A stretch of 63,999 bases of DNA, filler included, from Octopus bimaculoides (Eukaryota): assembly GCF_001194135.2 (NCBI RefSeq). It is 5 parts of 5 records of this genome, joined end to end, with 100 filler letters (N's around TTAATTAATTAA, not from the genome) between each part and the next. Parts side by side here need not be neighbours in the genome. Positions count along the whole stretch, not along the records: positions 26,317 to 54,333 come from NC_068982.1; positions 54,434 to 56,584 come from NC_068981.1; positions 56,685 to 62,863 come from NC_068990.1; positions 62,964 to 63,999 come from NC_069004.1; 1 more part is not named here. The stretch is one strand, 5' to 3'. Numbering within the stretch: the first letter of the stretch is position 1; each line of letters opens with the position of its first letter. This document shows positions 53,038-63,999 of the stretch, in pieces. Under the pieces are notes generated by a model. The model had not been told where the DNA came from. It saw only the letters and a list, made by a program, of their open reading frames with translations, and made no database searches. The translations under genes were made by a program, and so were the position numbers.

Positions 53038-53383
53038 TATACATATATATATATATATAAAACAGCTTCATTTTCATCTAACATGAGAATGTTGATCCTA
53101 TAAGAAGTTTGTGTAAATGGTGAAAAACCTGGAATTTAAGACAGTGAAATTTTAAAGAATAGATTTGTGATATTGTTATCAGTCCTTCCTTAACAGAAAT
53201 TGATAACTGTTGAAGGCTAAAGTTCTTATCACAACATAAAAGTCTTAGTGAATCAATTCAAAGTTATTGTCAGAGATTATGTGTGTCAGCTTATTTTTGC
53301 AAATTTTGATAAAATTGTCATTAAAGGATAATGTAAATAATGTGGTTGAAACAAGACTCATAAATAGCATGCAATCATATTAG

Positions 53384-53583
53384 CATCATCATCATTGTTT
53401 AACGTCCACTTTCCATGCTGGCATGAGTTGGACGGTTTGACTGAGGGCTGGCAAGCCAGAAGGCTGCACCAGGCTCCAATCCGATCTGGCAAAGTTTCTA
53501 CAGCTGAATGCCCTTCCTAACGCCAACCACTCCGAGAGTGTAAGTGGGTGCTTTTTATGTACCACCAGCATGAGGGCCAGTCA
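53384..53583 (-). mobile_element. 5'-truncated RTE 3'UTR copy
   Basis: Same family; ends at ..ggccagtca. Confidence 0.88.
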
Positions 53584-53921
53584 AGAGTATCAGTATTTTC
53601 AATCAGGTGATCAAACACTTAGTACATATATTGATTCAGCTAGCAGCATAAAATGATTTCTAAATTTGAGATAATTGAAACAAAAGAAAAACAGAAGTTA
53701 AAAGAATAATTACAAAAAGTATTAACATTATCATCTTTATGCCTTCAGTTCACATCTTACCATGGGTTCAGGCTTTTACATCTTTCTAGACTTGATAAAG
53801 CAACTACTAGTAATGTACTGGTGTTGATTTATACATTCTTCTCTGTCTTATAAATTGATCTTATACTCTGCCCAGAAGAAGCTAACAAATAAATGTTTTT
53901 TTTTTTTAAACCTTTTTTTAG

Positions 53922-54012
53922 ACCGGGCCTTTTCATTTGAAATCACCACCCATGTCAACATTTCATCAACAGTTATGGTTAATTGCTAGTATCGATGCTG
54001 ACAATGCTGGAA
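53922..54012 (+). CDS. TMEM181: TMEM181 internal exon: TGPFHLKSPPMSTFHQQLWLIASIDADNAG
   Basis: Long poly-T acceptor (ttttttttAG) and A|GTAAGT donor, phase 0 to 1. Matches recalled TMEM181 NPLSTYNQQLWL. No further exon was found in the window. Confidence 0.92.
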
Positions 54013-54630
54013 GTAAGTATGATGTTAAATAAACTACCAATATTACATAATCTATTATTGAATTTTGTGATTTTCATTTTACATTGACAAAATAATCAAT
54101 TAAGACATTTACTGGTTTATTTAAATGTGATGTTATAGACTTTCAAAGAGATATAAAAGTATGGTTGCAGGAATAAAAAATTGAAAATGTAACACTTGTT
54201 TCGTTTTAGTATGTAAAACCCAGAATTACAATATTTTTTTACTCTTTTACTGGTTACATGCATTCAGCTGTGGCCATGCTGGAACATTACCTACAAGGAT
54301 CGCTCATATTGACATTTTAAGTTCATTACTTATNNNNNNNNNNNNNNNNNNNNNNNNNNNNNNNNNNNNNNNNNNNNTTAATTAATTAANNNNNNNNNNN
54401 NNNNNNNNNNNNNNNNNNNNNNNNNNNNNNNNNTGTGATCTCAAATTTTAAAGCAAACACATAATTTTCTTATGGTTTCTTAAACATTCACTTGAACAAA
54501 ACTGTACAAATCCAAATATACGGTACCCTAGGCATAACACCTACATGAACTTCTAACTTGTTGTCTCTTGAGGTCTCTGGGTGAGACTTGGATCCAACTT
54601 GTACAAATGCAAAACAAAAGTCAAACATAA

Positions 54631-54768
<138 letters not shown>

Positions 54769-54934
54769 TGAATCGGTACTTGTGCGTTAAGTATCTTCAA
54801 GGATACTTAACATCTAATTACTAAGTCTAATAATTCGTGGAATGAGAGCCTGTGAGATTTCTGACAATAGGTTGGTGTCCGTTCTCACAGTATTAAGTAG
54901 AGCAAGTAAGATCAAGAGATCTGACAAATAAGAT

Positions 54935-55162
54935 TTAATAATAATATCAATGTTTTGGTGCGAGGCCAGCAATTTCCGGGGAGGGGATAAGTCAATAACA
55001 TCGGTCCCAGGCATTGGCTGGTACTTATTTTGTCGACACCGAAATGAGGAAAGGCAAAGTCGCTCTCAGCGGAATTTGAAGTCAGACTGCAAAGACAGAC
55101 GAAATTATGCTTAGCGTCGTTTTGTCGGGCTTGCTAATGACTCTGCCAGCTTGCCGTCTTTA
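54935..55162 (-). mobile_element. SINE family A
   Basis: Reverse complement of the family A body; AAT/ACT tracts on both sides. Confidence 0.75.
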
Positions 55163-55163
55163 A

Positions 55164-55262
<99 letters not shown>

Positions 55263-55272
55263 TAATAATAAT

Positions 55273-55620
55273 GGAAATGGAAAAACTTTCAAAATAAAAG
55301 ACCTGGAAATAGAGGTAACTCGAATGTGGAATCTAAAAACAGAAACAATTCCTATCATAGTAGGTGCCTTAGGTATAATAAAAAAAATATTCAGACAAAT
55401 GCATAACAAAAACACCAGGGCTTACAAATATATATAACATACAGGAAATTGCACTACTGGGCACTGCACACATCCTACGCAAAACACTTTCAATACAGTA
55501 ACCATAAGAGCATCACAGCAAACCACAGCACATACCCAAGGCACACAGAGCTGCGCTCGGTAGTGAAGTGAAATCACGTTATAAAAATAAAACTATTGAA
55601 CAATAATAATAATAATAATA
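55273..55620 (+). mobile_element. R4/Dong-like LINE 3' end
   Basis: KDLEIEVTRMWNLKTETIPIIVGALGIIKK..ALLGTAHILRKTLSIQ*; (AAT)n on both sides. Confidence 0.85.
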
Positions 55621-56158
55621 ATGCAGTACCAAGCAATGGCTCTCATGGTTTCTGATCTTAGTTGATTGGAAGTGTTATCATGTACATTGTTTTGTCTTGG
55701 TATAAAAAGATGGGCTACAGCAAATATTCTGCTTAATACCACAGATTTGCTTGTCAGTTGTTTGACCTTAATCAGTTGAGCATGTCACTTGGTAGCTGAC
55801 GATATGTTCATCTCTGATCATGAGCAGAAGTAGGGGGGAGCATCATAGCCACGTGTTGAGAGGAATTCTTTGGGGTTTGAATAATTCACCTTTGGAAACA
55901 TGGGTCTTTCCTCAACAAACCTTATTCAGGGACTTTTTGAGCGGGATAGGCTACTCGACCAGAAAAAAATTCTAACTGGGTCCCACCTGCGAGGTCATGC
56001 GCTGTTTATCTTGATATGAGATCACCATGTTGCGCACGTATTGTTGTGATTCATGTGCCTGGTGTACCCTTTACAGACGGTTAGTCATGAGGTGTATAAT
56101 GGGCTTCGTATATATTACCGCAGTGTCACTTTGATGACATGCACTGCTCTCTCACTCA
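55621..56158. repeat. Unclassified ~540-bp segment between (AAT)n tracts, probable interspersed repeat
   Basis: Bounded by (AAT)n on both sides inside an insertion pile; single copy in the window. Confidence 0.4.
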
Positions 56159-56176
56159 ATAGTAATAATAATAATG

Positions 56177-56205
<29 letters not shown>

Positions 56206-56208
<3 letters not shown>

Positions 56209-56584
56209 CACTCAATGAACAAATGGCAGACAGTGCTACAGCTCCAAACAAAAGAGGGACTTGTGAAAACGAAAGCCATCCCCATTAGAAGAGGAATATT
56301 CCAGGGAGACACGCTCTCTCCACTCCCGTTCTGCCTGGCACTCACACCTTTAACAGAATTGCTAAATAGAACTGGATGCGGTTACAAATGCTATGGAAAA
56401 ACAGTCAGCCACCTTCTATATATGGATGACCTAAAATTATATGCAACAAACGACAAAGAGCTAGAAACACTACTACAGACAGTACACGGCTTTATCAAGA
56501 AAATAGAAATGAAATTCGGATTAGAAAAATGTGCCAAAGCAACCCTGAAAAGAGGAAAATTAGTTAAAAGTAGCAATATAACAC
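56206..56584 (+). mobile_element. R4/Dong-like LINE RT fragment
   Basis: IRRGIFQGDTLSPLPFCLAL..SHLLYMDDLKLYA..MKFGLEKC; starts in (AAT)n and is cut by a gap. Confidence 0.9.
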
Positions 56585-57084
56585 NNNNNNNNNNNNNNNN
56601 NNNNNNNNNNNNNNNNNNNNNNNNNNNNTTAATTAATTAANNNNNNNNNNNNNNNNNNNNNNNNNNNNNNNNNNNNNNNNNNNNATATATATATATATAT
56701 ATACTCATGCACACATTTTGTAACCATGCCCATAAATAATTACTAAAAGAAGAGAAGAGTATGAACAGGAGCACTCTAAAAGAAACACCACACACCACTA
56801 GTAATATTATTACAGATATATCAATACCAATACACCAATATAGATGTATACAGGAAGACACAACAGTATAAAGATACTAATAAACACACCTATTGTATCA
56901 TACCGTTAACAATACACATATAACAAATAAAGTTAACTGAGTTTGTTTCTGACTAGCAAACATAAAACTTCATTAGTCATACCTGGCTGATTGACATTAC
57001 AATATTGAATGTAAAGTACTTTTTTTTGTTGTTTCATTTTTCTTCCTATCCTTCATAACTTCTGACTATAATTTTCTTTTACTT

Positions 57085-57135
57085 TTGAAATTTTCTGATG
57101 AGCCACAAAATTAAGATGGTGAAACAAACTTTCAA
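57085..57135 (+). ncRNA. Degenerate hammerhead-like motif (stem III deleted)
   Basis: ttgaaatttt-CTGATGA-gcca..tggt-GAAA-c-aaactttcaa. Stem I 9/10 pairs, stem II 4 bp. Confidence 0.45.
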
Positions 57136-58192
57136 TACTTTTCTTTTGTCTTTTCATTTTGTTTTTGTTTTTATTCGAAAGACTGTATTAAACTCAAACT
57201 CTATAGGGAAGATAATGAGGTTTAAAGATTAGTCAAGGCAAAAATTTTTGGTTAGAATTATTGAGATGATTCCCATGGTTGAATTGTTATCTCTTCTCAA
57301 AGCCAATATAAATGATGGTAGAAAACAAAAACTAGAACTAAAACTAAACAAAGAAAAGCAAAAGGGAAACAAATAGAATAAAAAGAATAGAATAAAAGTA
57401 AATATATACAATCTTCTGAAATTTACTTATGGATAATGTAAGGTATCTATAAACCTAGGTTTTAGTAGAAAAACAAATCACTGAGGATAATTACTCAGAC
57501 ATGCCATCTGCAAAAATAAAAAGAAGCAAAGTAGAAAAAGCAATAGTTAAGTTTGTATTATATTTATCATAACGAGCATTAAATACCTATTGTTTTAATA
57601 GTATTTGGTTTCACAGTCATTGATGCTGTATTTTTTGATCTTATCTTTGCTTTCCATATTGTTACTGAGTTCACAGTGTACTAGCGAGCCACTGGAGTGT
57701 CTGAGGCTTGGCTTTATATCTCATTTGAAACCATTGTGTTCTGTACACGCCAAAGATATTTAGTGATTTCACAATTAATAGCTAAGCCCATCTGGATGAA
57801 AAGGTAGGTTCTAACAGGTCATATAGTTCATAAATATAAGGAGAAGCAGGCAGTGGTAATATAAAATAGATGTGTGCTTTATTTGTTTACAGTGTTTAGT
57901 TGAAGACAAATAGAAGCTACTTTAATGTTCCAGATTCTAATGACTTATATGCCATAAAATAAAGAAATGAGCTTTTTGTGTTTGTATCTGCTTAATTTCA
58001 AAAATAAATAACAAGCTACTGCATGTATGTGCTTGAGTACGCACACACACAGAGTCACGTATACACAATATTGAATAGTGTTAATTCTAATGGTATACAA
58101 ATTAGTAGTTCCAGTTCACTGTAGCAACTGGATTTCCTGAGTATATAAACAGGTTGGCAGCATGCATCTTTAAGATTGATCAGATTTATGTA

Positions 58193-58242
58193 AACTGCTC
58201 TGATGATAGTCCAATAATATTCAAAAGTTGATTAAAGCAGTT
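58193..58242 (+). ncRNA. Degenerate hammerhead-like motif
   Basis: aactgct-CTGATGA-..-cAAAA(for GAAA)-gttgat-ta-a-agcagtt. The 7-bp stem I is intact; the core is decayed in a pattern consistent with CpG loss. Confidence 0.4.
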
Positions 58243-58673
58243 CATCAATTTTTCAGTCGATGGAGAAAGAGTTAAATATCTCCTGTTAATATATTACTAA
58301 AGAGGTTATAAATATATATGTAAACAGAAATGAGCTACGAGAATTAACTCAAAATAGCCAGTATCATGTATTTGAACAACATACACAAATACCACTATGT
58401 CAACTACGATACAACAAAGATTCTTGGTTTATTAAATCAAGGGGAATAAACCTGTCCTTTTCCTTCATGGCATATCAATTTTGGAGAAATACTTGAATCT
58501 GGAGTTTTTTCCCCCCTCTCAATCATAATACATTCCTGTAGGAGTGGAGATAATTTTAATAAATAAAGAATTTTCATTTTATGGTAATTGACATATCAGT
58601 GCTTCTATCTCTCTCTCTCTCTGTGTATGTATGTATACATACATATATATATATATAAAATTATAATACAGGG

Positions 58674-59020
58674 TATCAAGAGATACCACCACGCTGAAAA
58701 AATAGCAGTCAAATCCTGACTCTAAAACCACAATAAATGTCCGCATGGCATGAGTAGCGAAGACGAAGACCAAATAAACCAGTAAAAATAATAAGATAAT
58801 TCCAAATCCTGGATTTCTGGCTTTGCATAAATAATAATGCTCTGCCTTCATCAGTGGAATATACTCAAGTACATAAATACAAATACATGTATATAAACAG
58901 TATACTTACATATACGGACGTATACATACATATATATGCACGTATGCAGACGACTAGCTTAAATAGCCCGACTAAAAACCAGGAAATCCAGAAATCCAGG
59001 ATTTGGAATTATCTTATTAT
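58674..59020 (-). mobile_element. Penelope-type terminal repeat with inverted partial copy
   Basis: Perfect 33-bp inverted repeat (58788-58820 / 58988-59020), a hammerhead motif, and a 49-nt end identical to 2701-2749. Confidence 0.7.
58799..58860 (-). ncRNA. Minimal type I hammerhead ribozyme-like motif, best preserved in the window
   Basis: Minus strand: attcca-CTGATGA-a-ggc-aga-gcat-tattattt-atgc-aaa-gcc-a-GAAA-tcc-a-gga-TT-tggaat. Confidence 0.75.
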
Positions 59021-59218
59021 NNNNNNNNNNNNNNNNNNNNNNNNNNNNNNNNNNNNNNNNNNNNNNNNNNNNNNNNNNNNNNNNNNNNNNNNNNNNNNNN
59101 NNNNNNNNNNNNNNNNNNNNNNNNNNNNNNNNNNNNNNNNNNNNNNNNNNNNNNNNNNNNNNNNNNNNNNNNNNNNNNNNNNNNNNNNNNNNNNNNNNNN
59201 NNNNNNNNNNNNNNNNNN

Positions 59219-59274
<56 letters not shown>

Positions 59275-59949
59275 AATTTTGCTTATGTGTAAACACTGCT
59301 TGGCACAAATATTTTGGTAATTTCCAAGACCTGGTGGTCTACTGGTGCAAATCAGTCAATGTTGCTGATTGTATTTTAGTTAAAGCTATAGCTTTAATGT
59401 GTGTCCAGAGTTGCCTCACTCAGGTATTTCCCATTGATAATGGCTAAAGAGCAAGAAATGTTGATGTTTGGGAATCCTGATAGGATGCAAAACTGGGCAG
59501 ATTTGGTGTTTTACAACTTTTTACCATATGAGTGAAATTTTCTCCACAGTAACTGCAGTGAATTTGCCTTTCAGCAGTTGAAATATGTCACAAACAAATC
59601 TTAACAAACCTAAACTTTTGCATAAACATACGCAGACATATATATAGGCAAAAAGTGGAAGTGGAAGCAGCATGGAAGTATGTTTAAAAATTCTTTTTAC
59701 TTTATGTTTTCCTTTAATTGGACAAGATAAATAATTTTATATTTGCTACATTAAGTTACTTTTTTATAAAATATTATATAATATAATGTATGTCCATCTT
59801 ATCAAATATTAAAAATTATAGTTAAAGCTTAGGAAATAAGAAAAAACAGGAAATTAAAACAGTTTTTTCTTACATTCTGTGCATAGCTAAGAAAATGTTC
59901 TTAACTATGCACCGAATATAAAAACAAACTGTTTTAATTTCAAATTTTT

Positions 59950-60330
59950 TTCTTTAATCTTTTACTTGTTTCAGTCTTTAGTTTGCAGTCATGCTGGAGC
60001 ACCACCATGAAGAAGTTTAGTTGAACAAATTACCCACAGAATGTATTTTTTTAATGTTTGCACTTATTCTATTTGTTTCTTTTGCTGTAAACACATCAAT
60101 ATCAGTTGTCAAGCAATGGTGGGGGACAAACACATACACACACACACACACACACACGCACACACACAAACATAAATGACAGGCTTTTACAGTTTCCATC
60201 TACCAAATTTACTCACAGGGCTTTGGTCGGCCAATGGTTATAGTAGAAGGCACTTGCCCAAGGTACCATGCTGTGGGACTAAACCAAGAACCATGTAGTT
60301 GAGAAGCAAGATTCTTACCATACAGCCAAA
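59950..60330 (-). mobile_element. SINE family B, old CpG-depleted copy
   Basis: Same architecture with internal (CA)n. Confidence 0.75.
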
Positions 60331-60792
60331 TTTTTCTTATTTCCTAATTCTTGACTTTGGATTTTTAATATTTGATAAGATAGACCTACTCATCAAAACT
60401 GGTAATATTTTATAAAAGTCACTTAATGTAACAAATATAAAAATACTTATCCTGTCTGATTAAAGGGGAAAAAAAAAGTAAAAAGAATTTTAAACACACT
60501 TTTGTGCTGTTTCCACTTTTTACCTATAACCTTTNNNNNNNNNNNNNNNNNNNNNNNNNNNNNNNNNNNNNNNNNNNNNNNNNNNNNNNNNNNNNNNNNN
60601 NNNNNNNNNNNNNNNNNNNNNNNNNNNNNNNNNNNNNNNNNNNNNNNNNNNNNNNNNNNNNNNNNNNNNNNNNNNNNNNNNNNNNNNNNNNNNNNNNNNN
60701 NNNNNNNNNNNNNNNNNNNNNNNNNNNNNNNNNNNNNNNNNNNNNNNNNNNNNNNNNNNNNNNNNNNNNNNNNNNNNNNNNNNNNNNNNNNN

Positions 60793-60837
<45 letters not shown>

Positions 60838-61338
60838 TACATACATACATATATACACATATATATATACATAATATATACTTATATATACATATATATT
60901 ATATATTTATATATATATAAATATTTATACACACGTGTGTGCACACTCACACACATATTCGTATATATATATATATACCACAGAATCTTCCAAAACTAGA
61001 CACCAATATTTAAGCATTATCTAAACTTAATAAGATTATCTCTGAATGAAAAACAACCAATATAAATGTAACTAATCTCCACAAACCACGAATCCACAAA
61101 TGCTTTCCACTTTACTTGAATGACGGACGACTCAGAATAACCAGACGAAGATCTAAAAATCCACAAACAACCACAACAGATACGTATTTTCATCATCAGC
61201 CACCACACACACACATATACCATTCTTAGTAACACATTGGCATATGTGTGTGTGTGTGTGCGTGTGTGCACGTGTGCATATATATATGTATGTATGTGTG
61301 CATGCATGTATGTATGTATGTATGTATGTGTGCATGTG

Positions 61339-61387
<49 letters not shown>

Positions 61388-61689
61388 GATTTTTCTTTGA
61401 GTTTAAGTTGTTCTTGAGAGAGTTCAAGTGGTTACAAACAAAGCAACAAGACTTCTTGACTTAAGACAGTTCCCAGTGTTTGTAAACATGTGGTTGAGTT
61501 GGTGTATTGGTTAAACTTTTGATGTATACACCCAAGTGCCTGCATCAATTCACATAAGGATCTCGCATGGAGAATTTTTGGAATGTCTTCAAATCTTCTC
61601 TGAGCCACTAATAGATTGTATTTTGAGAATCCATGTCAGATCCATTTAATTGCACAATGCAATCATTATATCAATTTCAATGTTATACC

Positions 61690-62470
61690 AGATGAAGTTC
61701 TTATTTTCAGACTTATGCCATATGTAAGGGCAGAATCTACCTGCTCTCTCAATGCCTCTCAAAATTGCAACTTGATTATTAGGTATGTCTCTATTACCAG
61801 TATTTTTCTTATCCTTATAGGGTGGAGTAACCTTCCCATTCTCCTCACTAACTTTATTATCTAAACTAAAATTTCTACTTGTTATAGCATCTAATTTCCA
61901 GTTGTTGCTTATTTTTTTAATTTAAACTGATGGGTTTGTTGGATGCTTTTCTAATTGGTATGTTTTCCCGGCCAAGTAATCTTGTAATCCTCCTATCCCT
62001 TAAAATCTCATTATTTCCACTATTATCAGGTGCTATACTTTCAGGATTAATAAAAGTAATTTCATGGTCGTATCCTGCCTTAGCTAAAGCAAAGTTGTAG
62101 TGGTGGGAAAGAGTATTATAAATGTCTTTATTTGCTAATAATTTCGTAATTCTCTTAGAAATACTTTTGACCACTGATTTTAACACATTAGTGGGATGAT
62201 TTAATAATTTGTTCACATAGCTCATAACTTCACCTGGTTTCCAATAGGAGTGGTATAATCCTGAGTTAATCTCTAATGTAGTATCTAAAAAATTTGCCAT
62301 CTTTGCGCCATATTCAAACGTAATACCTAAGTTGAAGCTTTAAAAAAATTTTCTAACTCTTTTCCTCATTCTTTCTATGACTGATTTATTGTTGCTGGGG
62401 ATAATAAATAGAGCATCAGCTCTATATAATCCTCCCTGCAATTCAGGGATTTCATTATTGAGGCACATCT
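61690..62470 (-). mobile_element. Penelope-like RT C-terminal/thumb fragment, degenerate
   Basis: GGLYRADAL (YRDD mutated), ERMRKRVRKFF, ANFLDTTL..SYWKP..NHPTNVLKSVVKSISKRI..ALAKAGY, and later KNFIWYN. Confidence 0.8.
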
Positions 62471-63999
62471 TTTATATATATAGTTGGAATTTACAAAAAA
62501 ACAAAAGACAAAGACAGGTGTATAAACAACAAACATATATATATATATTGCTTCCGGTTTCGTAGTGTTAAGACGTGTTTTTCCCTGTCTCCCGAAGCAA
62601 CAAACAGGTATCTTTTCATATCGAAGATAAATATTTGCTGAAACCGACACAAAACTCGGTACCTGTTGTTTAACGACGGTCCTGCATTATATCCGTTGAA
62701 AAAGAAAGTAAATAGTATATATACAACGCACATTAATGTGAGTGAACCAAAGCGAATGACCATCTTCGAAGGAATCCACGCACGTGGTGAGAGATTGTAA
62801 AGATAGAAATCTGAGCTAAGTTTTAAGTTTTATTCAATATTCTATTTTCTTTCCAATTTATTTNNNNNNNNNNNNNNNNNNNNNNNNNNNNNNNNNNNNN
62901 NNNNNNNTTAATTAATTAANNNNNNNNNNNNNNNNNNNNNNNNNNNNNNNNNNNNNNNNNNNNTATATATGTATGTGTGTGTGTGTGTGTGTGTGTGCAT
63001 GAATGTGTGTATTTTACTAGCATATGTATACAAATACAAAAACACAATATTACTTACAATGAGGTACACACACATATAAAACCGTTATGGTAAAATATTT
63101 TTTTGACATCTTTTCTACATCTGTACATGAAAAATTGCAATAACCAAATATAATTTAAAGCATGCGTATCTATAGATAAGCGAGTGTATGCATGAAGGAT
63201 ATATACCTAAAGTAAATGTGAAAGATTTATTTGTATCTCTATACTTATATATGAGAGAGCGCATGGTTTAGTGGTTAGCGTGTAGTATTCAATATCGCGT
63301 GATCGACGTTTCAATTCCTGCACTGGATGGTGTTTTGTATTCTTGAACAAAAGACATCGTCTCACCTTGTTCTAAGTTTGTTTCAACACCTAATTTGTAG
63401 AACACGTGTGCTTATTCGGGCAACGTCGATTTTTATGAAAGGATTGAGCACAACTATTTCATTACCATACAGTACGAATATTTCATTACCATACACAGAT
63501 CATTTATGTAGCTTGATCAGTGATGAATTGCAGACCTAGCTTTCTCGGACTGCGTGAGACTAGTGTCATATATGTATATGTGTTTTTTGTATGTATTTAT
63601 GCATGCTTGTATATTTGTATGTGTGCAAATTTTTGCGTGCGTGTGTATATATATATGTATGTTTGTATATATATATATGAATGTATGTATGTATGTGCAT
63701 ACAGTGTCTAGGTGTTTACGGATGCATGTATATATCTCCATATATATACATATATGTGTGTGTGAAAGATTAATTGCTATACATATTAGGTAGATAGAGA
63801 GGGAGAGAGAGAGAGAGAGAGAGAAAGAGTGAGATAGAGACAGAGGGAGAGAGATAAAAGAGAGAGTGTGAGAGAGATTGACACAAAGATAATTAGATAG
63901 ACAGATAGTGAATGGGCATTCAGAAATATTTATGTATATGTATATATATATACATACATATATATATATACATATATATATATACATATATATATATAT

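Noticed and set aside
61017-61150. GIY-YIG-like ..SVIQVK..YIYIG downstream of the Penelope RT fragment
   Set aside because: The position fits, but the motif match is too weak to call.

Overview
AT-rich, microsatellite-saturated animal genomic DNA from a gapped draft assembly, most likely an octopus or other cephalopod (inferred from the repeat families and gene sequence, not verified). One protein-coding gene is supported: the 5' part of TMEM181 on the + strand. Its coding exons are 34382-34524, 48059-48162, 52182-52231 (or -52249) and 53922-54012, all joined in frame by canonical GT-AG sites. A second candidate first coding exon (44313-44335) sits behind its own ETS-motif promoter. The rest is mostly decayed retroelements: RTE LINEs, CR1-type LINEs, R4/Dong-like elements in (TAA)n tracts, Penelope-like RT fragments, two tRNA-derived SINE families and one hAT-type MITE. 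The most interesting non-coding signals are (i) eight minimal hammerhead-ribozyme-like motifs, one nearly intact inside an inverted Penelope-type terminal repeat; (ii) a variable-copy ~65-bp hairpin-forming tandem array in an RTE 3'UTR, with two dispersed copies broken at the same base; (iii) a twin-priming-like 5' inversion in an RTE; and (iv) nested insertion into ATT/AAT tracts. Nearly all long ORFs in the supplied track are microsatellite or N-gap artefacts. Family and homology assignments come from remembered motifs; no database search was run.
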